A stretch of DNA of 64,000 bases. Origin: Lysobacterales bacterium. GTDB taxonomy: Bacteria > Pseudomonadota > Gammaproteobacteria > Xanthomonadales > SZUA-5. A program made the translations under genes and the position numbers. Shown one piece after another: positions 1-9,039 of the stretch (positions are counted from its first letter, which is position 1; the number at the start of each line of letters is the position of its first letter). The notes under the pieces were generated by a model. The model was not told the origin of the DNA. It searched no databases and was given only the letters and a program-made list of their open reading frames with translations. The DNA lies in assembly GCA_041395325.1 (NCBI GenBank), contig JAWLAT010000010.1, positions 98,469-162,468 on the forward strand, in the 5' to 3' direction.

Positions 1-122
1 AGACCATGGGCCAGACGGATCTTCTGATGGGTGCTCATGCCGAATCCCGGCGCCTGTTCGCCATCGCGCAGCGAGGTGTCGAAGATGATCAAGCGATCTT
101 GCGGTGGGGTCTGAGTGCTCAT
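1..122 (-). CDS. leuA: 2-isopropylmalate synthase, N-terminal fragment (gene continues past window start)
   Basis: Reverse-strand ATG at 120-122. Translation is [40 protein letters not shown], which contains the IFDT(T/S)LRDGEQ signature of LeuA/HMGL-like enzymes. A Leu-codon leader plus terminator lies immediately upstream. Confidence 0.8.
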   Translation of the reverse strand, partial: MSTQTPPQDRLIIFDTSLRDGEQAPGFGMSTHQKIRLAHG

Positions 123-173
123 GGGAAGGCTCTTGCTGGCTAGGGGGATGTCGGGGTTGGTGAACTCGGGGCC

Positions 174-211
174 AAAAAAAACCCCGCCCTCGTTTCCGGA
201 GGCGGGGTTTT
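174..211 (-). terminator. Rho-independent terminator (hairpin plus T-run on minus strand)
   Basis: The minus strand reads CCCCGCCTCCGGAAACGAGGGCGGGG followed by TTTTTTTT. Stem arms are at 182-189 and 201-207, and the A-run on the plus strand is at 174-181. Confidence 0.8.
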
Positions 212-290
212 GCGAACTCGTCCTGCTCTTACACGCTCGCTAAACCGCGCCCCCGGTCTGAAGAAGGAGAAGAAGGAGCGCGGCGAGCAC
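174..290 (-). promoter_or_regulatory. Candidate leucine-operon transcription attenuator (leader peptide Leu run plus intrinsic terminator)
   Basis: The reverse-strand ORF ending at the TAG (240-242) reads ...AVLAALLLLLLQTGGAV*. The six consecutive Leu codons (CTC CTT CTT CTC CTT CTT) occupy 261-278. An in-frame GTG at 288-290 would give a 16-aa peptide. A GC hairpin plus T8 follows at 174-211, about 51 nt before the leuA ATG. Confidence 0.65.
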
Positions 291-514
291 GGCAGCCGTC
301 AGGGCCAGACGCGGCAGCTGCGATTCACCCTGACGGGCGACTCGCGTGGCGACCACATGGCGGCTGCGTGGATTCATGGGTCTGGACGCTATCAGAGTTT
401 TTGCGCTGCAGCAACCGCGATTTGCCGCCATCACTGCAAGAATGTCTGCGGCCTGGGGCTGCAATCCCCAGACCGCAGTGAACTATCGGAACAGACCGCC
501 GATTGGTAGTCGGA

Positions 515-3500
515 TCACTCGAAGCCATCCTGCAGCAACTCGTCGCCGAAATTCAGGATCAGCACCGATCCGTCATGGTCGGAGCTGCGCAGCGGCGAGC
601 CGGCAATGTCTTCGTTGTCACGCCGTGCGTCGGCATTGCCGCGGCCGTAACCAAAGTCGGCATAGAAGCCCTGCGCCACCCCATTGAGGATCGTGTGATC
701 CAGCGCCTGGGCGAAGCAACCCACCGAGGTGAAGTTGACGCCGCAACCAAACAGGAACGAGTACTGGTCGTCTTCGGGCAGGTTCTCCAGCGCCTCGCTC
801 ATCGGCGGATTGACGATGTTGCCGCTGATGGCCGGATAGATGTCCTGGATCTCGAACAGCGTGTCGCGCGGATCGGCATCACCGGCCACGTTGGCGTCAC
901 CGCGGACGATGCCCATGACATCGGCATAACCGTCGGTGAACTCGAAGGCGTTGAAGTCACCCAGCGAGATCAGCGGAACGGTCGGATTGGCGCTCTGGAA
1001 GGCCTGTGTTTCCTCGGCCACCGCCACCGCCTGCTCCAGGCGCTTGCGGCGGACGCGGTTGGCATTGGCCAGGTTGCCCTGGTTGTCGATGCCGCTGAGC
1101 GAACGCAGATGGCTGACCATCACCGCAAAGGGCTGCATCGCGCCGGCCTGGGTCGTGTAGGTGCCTTCCAGCAGCAGCGTCGGGCGGTCGTGCAGCGTGC
1201 AGGGCGCGGTGCCGCTGCACTCGTTGGTCATCTGGTTCAGGCGCAGCTGGGTCACCTGACCCACCGTCACATTGCGCCAGATGAAGGCGTTGTTGATGCC
1301 GCGCGGATCATTGCCGGAGAAGATAGAACCCTGGTAGGTCACGCCGGGCTCGTCGGCCGCGATGCGGGCGATCAGCGCATCCATCGCTGTCTGGTTCTCG
1401 ATTTCGATCAGGCCGACCACGTCCGGCGAGTTCATCACCTCGCGGATGTAGGCCGACAACTTGCCCAGCTTCAGATCGAATTCGGCCGCCGTCAGCACCG
1501 TGTCATCGACCGTCGGGTCATCGACGGTATCGAACAGGTTCTCGACATTGAGGCTGGCGATGCTGATCTGGTTGTAGCCGGCCATCGGCGCCGGCACCGG
1601 CAGCGTCGCCGCCTGGTCGACCGTCAGCGCGCGCGGCCACAACTCGTAGTCGCCGAAGTCATAGCCGATCACGCCCACAGCGCTGATGCGCGTGCCGGGG
1701 ATCAGCACATCGTTGGGCAGGCCCAGCCGATCGACGTCGATCTCGAACAGTTCCGGATTGCCGTCCCACAACGCCACGCCGGGCGGCAGGCCGGGTTCGG
1801 AGGCCACCGCCGGATCGATACCAGCTTCGCGCTTGACGCGCGCGCCGCCGGTGGTCAGGAAGGCCTCGGCAATCGGGTCCGAACCGAAGATCTGGTGCGG
1901 TGCGTTGATCAACCCGGTGGTGGTGCTGACCAGCATGCCCTCGAAGCACTCGAAGTTCTGCACCTCGATTGCCGCACCGGACGAGATCGTGCTGCCGCTG
2001 CCCATGCAGGTGGGCACCCCCGGCACCGGCGACGGCATGATGTCGTCGAGCACGATCGGCGCCGGTTGCGCACTGGTACCGACCACATTGACCACCAGCC
2101 CACCGCCGCTGCTGGTGAACTCGGTGAACTCAAAGAACTCCACCAGATTGCCCTTGACGTCGACCAGATCGCCGACGCTGACCGTGGGCACGCCACCGGT
2201 GAAGACGACGACCGCATCGGAGGTGAAGGCGTCGCCATCACCCACCGGCATCTGCATGGCGAACAGGTTGGCACCGACCGCCGTGACCACATTGCCCAGC
2301 GTGATCTGGACGGTGTCGACGAAGGGCGAGGCCTCACCGGTGCCCTGCAACTCGGCGATGGTCCGCGGCAGCGGGTCGTCGTTGAGGATCGTGCCGGTAC
2401 CGCTGTTGTCGACGCTGCCACCGCCGTTGCCGGTGACATTGCTGATCATCACGGTGAACTGCTCGTCGCTCTCGTTGACCAGATCGCCGACGATCGGCAC
2501 CAGCAGCGTGTAGGTCGTCTGACCTTCGGGAATGGTCTGGCCCATCAGCATCTGGGCCTGGAAGTCGCTGCCCGCCGAAGCGGTCCCGGCGACCGTGCCG
2601 ATGTTGAAGCTGACGCCGCCGACCGGGGCCGGAGCATCGAGGCTGACGGTGAAGCTCAGGTTGCTCGTGCCGCTGTCGCCTTCGGCCTGACTGGGATCGT
2701 CGATGCTGACGGCGATCGGCGTGGCGCCGTCGTCGTTGAGGATCGTGCCCACACCGATCAGATCGCCCGCGGTGGCGCCGCTGAGCGTGTCGATCTCCAG
2801 CGTGAACTGCTCATTGGACTCGGTGACCATGTCGCCGTTGATGACGATGGCCATCTGCTGCTCGTCCAGGCCCTCGTTGATGGTCAGCAGGGTCGGGCTC
2901 ATGCCGACGTAATCGTTGTCGGCCTCGGTGGCCGTGCCATCGACGGTGCGGGCGACGAAACTGACGCCACCGACGCCGGCCGGGGCGCTGAGGCTGGCCG
3001 TGAAGGTCAGCAGCTTGGTGCCCATGTCGCCCTCGGTGACCGAGACGTCATCAACGCTCAGCACCGGAGCGCCACCGCTGCAGCCGACGCCCTCATAAAT
3101 GCAGGACACCCACTCGGGATGGTCGATGAAGGGGTTGCGATTGCCCTGGAAGCTGAAGATCACTTCGTTGCGCAGGACTTCGGCCGGGGTCACCGGATCG
3201 GCTGCGTGCCAGGCCAGCAGCGTGCTGAGCAGGCCCATGTAGCCCACGGCCGCGTTGCCGCCGGTGTTCTGGATCAGCATCGGGTCGTCGGTCAGGCGCA
3301 GATCCGGCTCGGCCGCGCCCGTCACACCGTGGGTGCCGCCCTCGAAGCGGATGTCCATGTAGAACATCGCCCGCGCCATGTCGCCCTTGCGCGCGTTCCA
3401 CACTTCGTAGAGCACGCCGTTGTACCAGTTCGAATTGCCCGGATAGGTGCCCGAACCGCCACCCTGACCATTGTTGACCACGGTCGGGTCCTCGGTGCAG

Positions 3501-5107
3501 GAGGCATTGCAGGTGCCGAAATACTTGTTGCCGCGATTGGAGTTGTAGCCGGTGTCGGACAAATACAGCATGTGGGTGTCCGAATAGGGCTGGTTCTGCA
3601 GCGCCGGATCGGGCATGGCCACGAACTCGGCATCGTTGTTGCCGAAGCCCAGAGAATTGGGCCAGGTGTGCTCACGGTTGTAGGCACCGACACCACCGGT
3701 GATCTTGGTGTAGGAGGCGTTGCGGTAGACGTCCAGGATCTTGGTGTCGTCGTTCGGATCCTCATCGGCCATGTTCAGCACCGCCCAGGTATTGGGCGTG
3801 CCGGCCGTGTAGGCAATGCGGGTGTGGTCGTCAATGATCTCGTGCAGGCTGTTGCGCAGCGCGGTGGCGCTGCTGGGATCGGCCGAGGCGTAGTAGTCGG
3901 CCAGTCCAGCCGCCGTGTTGAAGGTCACGGTGACGTCGACCGGCAAGTTGTCGGGCGTGCCGTCCTGATCGGTGACGAAGGCCGACAGAATCGTCAGCGT
4001 GCAGCTTTCCAGCGAATCGAAGTCGACATCCGGATCGATGACGAAGCTGCTGGGCCCGCCGCTGACCACACCGGTGTGGCTGCCGGAAACCGCGCACTCC
4101 AGCGTGTACCAGCTGCCCATGACACTGACCGGCTCGTTGAAGTTGACGGTCAGATTGCTGCCCAGCGGTACCGCGGAGGCGCCATTGGTCGGCACCGTCG
4201 AATCCACCATCGGCGGCTCGTCGGTGGCGATGGTGAAGCTGAAGCTGGCATCGGCGGCCATGTTGTCAGGCGTGCCGTCCTGATCGACGATCTGCGCCGC
4301 CGACAGGCTGACCGTGCAGACTTCGCTCTCAGCGAAATCGACGCTGGGATCCAGCGTGTAGGTCGTCGCACCGCCACTCTCGACTGCGCCCACCACTCCG
4401 CTGACACTGCAGTTGATGCCGAACCAGCCCGGGCCGACCGTCACCGGCTCGCTGAAGGTGATCGTGATGTCGGTGTTTGGCGCCACGTTCATCGCCATGT
4501 CGACGGGCGCGGTGCTGGCCACACTGGGCGGCACATCGACGCCGGCGCCGAAGGTCTGGCCGTTGTTGCAGCCATCGAAGGTCTCGCTGCCGCCGCTGGT
4601 CCAGGTGAAGTCGGCATAGACGCTGCCGGGACCGCCGCTGAGCTGCAGCGAAGTGCCCACCACCGCGGTGTTCAGTTCCGAAACACCGATATCTGTGCTG
4701 GTTGTGCCAGAAGCTGGGCCGTTCGTCGCATTGATCGTTCCTTCGTAGCTGAGGAACTGGATGACGGTCGAATCGGATCGGCGAACCAAGGCCAGTCCGT
4801 CTGGGCTGCCGTTCTGAAGCCCGTCTACCGGATAGGCGATGGTGCCAACTTGAACCGTACCCCCGCATGACACGGACATACCAACAGGAAGCGGATCGGT
4901 GTCGTAAGTACCGCCCCCGTTGCCGTTGTAGAGCACGATGTCGTAGTCCGACAGCACCTCGCCAGCAGTAGCGACAACCTCTACAGCCTCGCCGACATCG
5001 CCACCTGCGTTGTCGTAGTGGATCTCGTTGATGAAGATCGCCGCGTGCAGCGGCAGCGCCAGCAACAGGGCCGGCAGACTCAGGTACAGCGGTCGGATTG
5101 GGGACAT
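515..5107 (-). CDS. Giant secreted multidomain extracellular nuclease (LTD + Ig-like repeats + endonuclease-I-like domain + Calx-beta repeats + ExeM/NucH-type endonuclease/exonuclease/phosphatase domain)
   Basis: The start was moved to the ATG at 5105-5107, which gives the signal peptide MSPIRPLYLSLPALLLALPLHA. AIFINEIHYDN...DIVLYNGNGG resembles a lamin-tail domain. Repeated ...ITFSEPV...DPSVDF...DQDGTPDN modules look Ig-like. ADYY...REHTWPNS...FQGNRNPFIDHPEW resembles endonuclease I. Three DNDY/NESDEQF modules look like Calx-beta. The C-terminal SIASLNVENLFD...SSDHD resembles an EEP nuclease. The protein ends ...LLQDGFE*. Confidence 0.8.
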   Translation of the reverse strand: MSPIRPLYLSLPALLLALPLHAAIFINEIHYDNAGGDVGEAVEVVATAGEVLSDYDIVLYNGNGGGTYDTDPLPVGMSVSCGGTVQVGTIAYPVDGLQNGSPDGLALVRRSDSTVIQFLSYEGTINATNGPASGTTSTDIGVSELNTAVVGTSLQLSGGPGSVYADFTWTSGGSETFDGCNNGQTFGAGVDVPPSVASTAPVDMAMNVAPNTDITITFSEPVTVGPGWFGINCSVSGVVGAVESGGATTYTLDPSVDFAESEVCTVSLSAAQIVDQDGTPDNMAADASFSFTIATDEPPMVDSTVPTNGASAVPLGSNLTVNFNEPVSVMGSWYTLECAVSGSHTGVVSGGPSSFVIDPDVDFDSLESCTLTILSAFVTDQDGTPDNLPVDVTVTFNTAAGLADYYASADPSSATALRNSLHEIIDDHTRIAYTAGTPNTWAVLNMADEDPNDDTKILDVYRNASYTKITGGVGAYNREHTWPNSLGFGNNDAEFVAMPDPALQNQPYSDTHMLYLSDTGYNSNRGNKYFGTCNASCTEDPTVVNNGQGGGSGTYPGNSNWYNGVLYEVWNARKGDMARAMFYMDIRFEGGTHGVTGAAEPDLRLTDDPMLIQNTGGNAAVGYMGLLSTLLAWHAADPVTPAEVLRNEVIFSFQGNRNPFIDHPEWVSCIYEGVGCSGGAPVLSVDDVSVTEGDMGTKLLTFTASLSAPAGVGGVSFVARTVDGTATEADNDYVGMSPTLLTINEGLDEQQMAIVINGDMVTESNEQFTLEIDTLSGATAGDLIGVGTILNDDGATPIAVSIDDPSQAEGDSGTSNLSFTVSLDAPAPVGGVSFNIGTVAGTASAGSDFQAQMLMGQTIPEGQTTYTLLVPIVGDLVNESDEQFTVMISNVTGNGGGSVDNSGTGTILNDDPLPRTIAELQGTGEASPFVDTVQITLGNVVTAVGANLFAMQMPVGDGDAFTSDAVVVFTGGVPTVSVGDLVDVKGNLVEFFEFTEFTSSGGGLVVNVVGTSAQPAPIVLDDIMPSPVPGVPTCMGSGSTISSGAAIEVQNFECFEGMLVSTTTGLINAPHQIFGSDPIAEAFLTTGGARVKREAGIDPAVASEPGLPPGVALWDGNPELFEIDVDRLGLPNDVLIPGTRISAVGVIGYDFGDYELWPRALTVDQAATLPVPAPMAGYNQISIASLNVENLFDTVDDPTVDDTVLTAAEFDLKLGKLSAYIREVMNSPDVVGLIEIENQTAMDALIARIAADEPGVTYQGSIFSGNDPRGINNAFIWRNVTVGQVTQLRLNQMTNECSGTAPCTLHDRPTLLLEGTYTTQAGAMQPFAVMVSHLRSLSGIDNQGNLANANRVRRKRLEQAVAVAEETQAFQSANPTVPLISLGDFNAFEFTDGYADVMGIVRGDANVAGDADPRDTLFEIQDIYPAISGNIVNPPMSEALENLPEDDQYSFLFGCGVNFTSVGCFAQALDHTILNGVAQGFYADFGYGRGNADARRDNEDIAGSPLRSSDHDGSVLILNFGDELLQDGFE

Positions 5108-5469
5108 GTCAGGGTCACAGCAGACGGAAGGGTTAACCGGAGCGGCCGGCGCGGCTGGGCGCTGGCGGCCATCGGCATGAGGGGGTGAGCGGGCGCGCAC
5201 CAGAGCCGCGCATCCTACCTCAGGCCCATGACTGGAAGAAGTCAGGCCGCTCACAGCACGGGCGTAGGCCGGCACGGTGGTGCAGTTCATGCGTACTCGG
5301 ATGCGCCCATCAACGCCGAGAGCTACGACAACTTATTGAATAAGTGAGCAATTTGTTCAAATCTCGGAAAGTCGGGCTAAATGCCGGGGTCATACCCCTG
5401 ACCAAAGTCGGTCCGCAATTGCAGGCTGCGCACTATGCTGTGCCCAACCCAGTGCTTTCGGAGATCCGC

Positions 5470-5922
5470 ATGTACCGCTCACTGATCCTGCTGGCCACCG
5501 CGAGCCTGCTGCTCAGCGCCTGCGCCACCGACCCGTCCCAGCCCAGCCGGGCCGATACGCGCCGAAGCCAATATGAGTCCGTCGCTGGCGAACCGGTCGA
5601 CAAGATTCGGGCAGTCAACATCTACGGCTGGACCGACATCGACCGCGAACAACTGGTGCTGTGGACCCGGCCGAAAGAGGCCTGGCTGCTGGATCTGTAC
5701 GCCCCCTGCGTGGGTCTGGAGTTCACGGCCAAGATCGGTATCAGCAACTTCGGCAACTCGATCTACGCCGGCTCCGATGCGATCGTCGCCTGGCACGACC
5801 GCTGCCGCATCAAGACCATCCGACCGATCGACTACACCGCCCTGCGCGCCGAGCAGCGCCGGCTCAAGTACGGCGGCGAACTGGAAGACCGCGACGCCCT
5901 GCTGGAGAAGGCGCAGAACTGA
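5470..5922 (+). CDS. Hypothetical lipoprotein
   Basis: ATG at 5470 gives MYRSLILLATASLLLSAC with a lipobox (LLSAC). No recognisable catalytic motif. Confidence 0.6.
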   Translation: MYRSLILLATASLLLSACATDPSQPSRADTRRSQYESVAGEPVDKIRAVNIYGWTDIDREQLVLWTRPKEAWLLDLYAPCVGLEFTAKIGISNFGNSIYAGSDAIVAWHDRCRIKTIRPIDYTALRAEQRRLKYGGELEDRDALLEKAQN

Positions 5923-5930
5923 TTGCCCCC

Positions 5931-5964
5931 GGCACCGCCGGCCACCCCCGGGGCCGGCGGTGCC
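5931..5964 (+). terminator. Strong GC hairpin downstream of lipoprotein gene (possible terminator)
   Basis: Perfect 13-bp stem, ggcaccgccggcc (5931-5943) paired with ggccggcggtgcc (5952-5964). The trailing T-run is weak (attccggtt). Confidence 0.45.
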
Positions 5965-6063
5965 ATTCCGGTTGCGTCCGAGCCGCAACCGCCTGGGGAA
6001 CCGGCGCCTGACCGTGATCCGCCGGATGGACTTGCGCCAGGATTCTGGTGAACATCGCGCCAC

Positions 6064-7251
6064 ATGGGCGCCACGACCAGCCAATCCCACATTCCTCGCC
6101 TGGCGCTGGCCGAACTGGTCGCCGCAGCGCCGATGCAGGCGCGCGAAATCGCCAGCCACCTGCCGGGCGATGTGGTCGCCAGTATCGTTGACCGCCTGCA
6201 ACCGGATTTCGTCGATTACCTGGGCCTGAGCGCCAGTCCGGGCGACAACGCCCGCTTGCTGCCTCCGGGTCCGGACCACGCGCCTGATCATGTGGGCCAC
6301 TGGATGGACCCGGCCTGGGGTGAATGTGCGCCAGAGCAGACGGTGGCCGAGGTCGTGGACGGACTGCGCCGCCTGCACGGTCGCGTGTTTGTGGTCTACC
6401 TGTTCGTTGTGCAGGATGACCGTCTGCTCGGCGTCGTCGCGCCGCGCGATCTGCTGCTGGCCCGTCCCGACGACCGCGTTGACGATTTGATGCTGCGGCA
6501 GCCGTTTTGCCTCTACGCCGATGAGGACCTGGAAACGGCCTGGTCGCGGGCACGGTTGCTGCAGTTGCCGGCCTATCCGGTCTGCGATCGGCAGCAACGC
6601 CTGGTCGGCATCCTGCGGGGCCCCGAATTGGTCCGCTTGCAGACCGAGAATCTGGCCGGCCAGGCTGGCCGCCTGGTCGGCGTCAGCGAAGGGGATCGCA
6701 CGGACGCGCCCTGGTATCGCAGCTTCTCATTGCGTTTGCCCTGGGTGGCGATCAGCCTGGGCAGCGTGACGCTGGGCGCGATGGTCGTGGGCGCCGCCCA
6801 GGAAGTCATCCACCGCTTCGCCCTGCTGGCCGTGTTTCTGCCGGTCGTGGCCGGGCAGTCCTCCAATGCCGGCAACCAGGCAATGGCCGTGTGTCTGCGC
6901 GGACTGGCGCTGGGCGAGCTGGGCCAGCAGGCATTGGGATTCAGGCTGTTGCTGAAGGAAGCCCTGATCGGGCTACTGGGCGGCTGCCTGACCGGCCTGG
7001 CGGCCGCCGCAGCGATGTACCTGATGGCGACGATGTACGGTGAATCAGCGGCGATGGTACTGGCCATCGTCGTTGGGCTGGCGATGATCGGCAGCTGCGC
7101 CATCGGAGGTGCTGTCGGAGCCCTGCTCCCCGTCCTGCTGCATCGGCTGGGTTCGGACCCGGCCAGCGCCGCCGGCATCCTGATCGGGATGCTCACCGAT
7201 GTGGTGAGCTTCGGGCTGCTGCTGGGCTTGCCCTGGCTGTTGCTGCGTTGA
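6064..7251 (+). CDS. mgtE: Magnesium transporter MgtE
   Basis: A CBS-pair-like central region is followed by a C-terminal 5-TM domain. AGQSSNAGNQAMAV resembles the MgtE GGNAGSQ motif. Confidence 0.8.
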   Translation: MGATTSQSHIPRLALAELVAAAPMQAREIASHLPGDVVASIVDRLQPDFVDYLGLSASPGDNARLLPPGPDHAPDHVGHWMDPAWGECAPEQTVAEVVDGLRRLHGRVFVVYLFVVQDDRLLGVVAPRDLLLARPDDRVDDLMLRQPFCLYADEDLETAWSRARLLQLPAYPVCDRQQRLVGILRGPELVRLQTENLAGQAGRLVGVSEGDRTDAPWYRSFSLRLPWVAISLGSVTLGAMVVGAAQEVIHRFALLAVFLPVVAGQSSNAGNQAMAVCLRGLALGELGQQALGFRLLLKEALIGLLGGCLTGLAAAAAMYLMATMYGESAAMVLAIVVGLAMIGSCAIGGAVGALLPVLLHRLGSDPASAAGILIGMLTDVVSFGLLLGLPWLLLR

Positions 7252-7405
7252 AGCTGCCCCTGCCCAGCGCGAAGTGACGCGGTGGGTCGGCCGGACGAGC
7301 CAGACGCGTCCACATGTAAGACTCAAGTGAACGTGTCCGCCGGCAACCCTTGAGGCCATCGGGCTTTCCACCATATAAGCCCGTTTCCCCATTCGGCGTG
7401 GTCAC

Positions 7406-8155
7406 TTGAGTCAGAACCGTCAACTGAAGGTCACCTGGGTCGACCCCTCACGCCAGCGGCGTTCGCGCTGGCTGCTTGGCGGGTTGTGGCTGCTGAGCCT
7501 GATCGTCATGTATGTCGCCGTGCGCTACCTGCTGGTTCCGGAGATCGCGCCGCTGGAACGATCACTGGCCACCACCCAGGACAGCGAACACAGCCTGCGC
7601 CTGGCGCTGGAAACGGCGCAAACCGAACTGTCGCGCGAGCGCCGCGCCCGCGAGGTGGCAGAGCTGGCGCTGGAGGACATGCAGCAGTCGCTGGGGCAGC
7701 GCCAGGACGAAGTCGCCGCCTTGCGTGCCGATGTCAGCTTCTATCAGCGCTTGATCGAGGGAGGCGCACAGCAACCGGGCCTGTGGATCCACGACCTGCG
7801 CATGCAGCGTGACGGCAATGGAGCCGGCCAGGGGGGCATGTACCGCTATCGGCTGACGCTGGCGCAGAACCTCAAGCGCGGCAAGAGCGCCGAGGGTGAG
7901 GTTGAACTGGCGGTCACCGGCTCCCGCGGCGGCCAGCTGGAACGGCTGGATCTGGCCAAGCTCACCAGCGATACGGCCAGCCCCGACATGCAGTACGCTT
8001 TCAAGTACTTCCAGCAGCTGGAGGGCACGATCCTGCTGCCGGAGAATTTCGAACCCAGCGCCATCCAGATCACGATGAAGCCCAAGAGCGGTGGATCGTC
8101 GATACGTCGGGAATTCGCCTGGGCCGATGCCAACCACAAGGAAGAGAACAGCTGA
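7406..8155 (+). CDS. Membrane-anchored coiled-coil protein of unknown function (DUF6776-like)
   Basis: TTG start. An N-terminal TM segment (WLLGGLWLLSLIVMYVAV) is followed by a coiled-coil-like region. Its stop overlaps the start of the bactofilin gene (TGATG at 8153-8157). Confidence 0.55.
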   Translation: MSQNRQLKVTWVDPSRQRRSRWLLGGLWLLSLIVMYVAVRYLLVPEIAPLERSLATTQDSEHSLRLALETAQTELSRERRAREVAELALEDMQQSLGQRQDEVAALRADVSFYQRLIEGGAQQPGLWIHDLRMQRDGNGAGQGGMYRYRLTLAQNLKRGKSAEGEVELAVTGSRGGQLERLDLAKLTSDTASPDMQYAFKYFQQLEGTILLPENFEPSAIQITMKPKSGGSSIRREFAWADANHKEENS

Positions 8156-8583
8156 TGTTTGGAAGCGGCAACGACAGCAAGCGGGCGGCCCGGCCCAGCG
8201 AGACCAGCACGGTCGAAGGTCTGATTGGCCAGCGCATGGTCATCGATGGCGACGTCAGCTTCACCGGCGGCCTGATGGTTGAGGGCACGGTCAAAGGATC
8301 GATCCGCGCCGAAGACGGCTCCGATGCGGTGCTGGTGGTCACGCCGCAGGGCAGGATCGAAGGTCAGCTGCACGCACCAAAAGTCGAGGTCTCCGGCACG
8401 GTCGACGGCGACATCGTCGCTGCCGAACGTCTGATCCTCGGCGCCAGTGCCAAGGTCCACGGCAACATCTACTACAAGGTTCTGGAAATGGCCGCCGGGG
8501 CCCAGGTCAGCGGACAGATGATCTTCCAGGACGAACCGCGGCGGAGCCTGCCGGCGCCCGGCGACACCCGCGACGACGAGTGA
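8155..8583 (+). CDS. Bactofilin-family polymer-forming cytoskeletal protein
   Basis: [26 protein letters not shown]...[40 protein letters not shown] is a typical bactofilin beta-helix repeat pattern. Confidence 0.85.
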   Translation: MFGSGNDSKRAARPSETSTVEGLIGQRMVIDGDVSFTGGLMVEGTVKGSIRAEDGSDAVLVVTPQGRIEGQLHAPKVEVSGTVDGDIVAAERLILGASAKVHGNIYYKVLEMAAGAQVSGQMIFQDEPRRSLPAPGDTRDDE

Positions 8584-8608
8584 TGCCGTCACCGATCAAG
8601 CAAGGACG

Positions 8609-8950
8609 ATGGTCATGAGCGAACACCCCATTCATCTCACCGACGCTGCCGCGCGCAAGGTGCGCGAGCTGATCGACGAGGAAGGTCGCGACGACCTGGC
8701 GCTGCGGGTCTACATCAATGGTGGTGGCTGCTCCGGCTTTCAGTATGGCTTTGCCTTCGAGGAAGGCAGCGAGGACGATGACCTGCGGCTGGAGCAATCC
8801 GGCGTGACGGTGCTGGTCGATCCGATCAGCCTGCAGTATCTGGATGGCGCCGAGCTCGACTACAGCGAAAGCCTGCGCGGCGCCCAGTTCGTCGTCCGCA
8901 ATCCGAATGCCAAGACCACTTGCGGCTGCGGATCATCGTTCTCGGTTTGA
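8609..8950 (+). CDS. erpA: Iron-sulfur cluster insertion protein ErpA (A-type carrier)
   Basis: [17 protein letters not shown]...[10 protein letters not shown] is the HesB/IscA family signature. Confidence 0.9.
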   Translation: MVMSEHPIHLTDAAARKVRELIDEEGRDDLALRVYINGGGCSGFQYGFAFEEGSEDDDLRLEQSGVTVLVDPISLQYLDGAELDYSESLRGAQFVVRNPNAKTTCGCGSSFSV

Positions 8951-9039
8951 GCGTGTCTGGTCCCTCCCCCACGCCGCAACGCCCGGACGACGACGAGCGC
9001 AGTCGTCGCAATCACTTCGCTGCCCTGCCGCTGGATCGG

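Noticed and set aside
503-4870. 1455-aa ORF on the plus strand
   Set aside because: It is antisense to the nuclease gene. The translation is a low-complexity R/G/A/D/V/H-rich string with no motifs, which is the typical shadow ORF of high-GC DNA. The opposite strand has clear domain signatures and a signal peptide.
5923-6063. M-box (Mg2+) riboswitch upstream of mgtE
   Set aside because: The region is only about 140 nt and is dominated by two simple GC hairpins, the first looking like a terminator for the upstream gene. I could not recognise the multi-helix M-box architecture.
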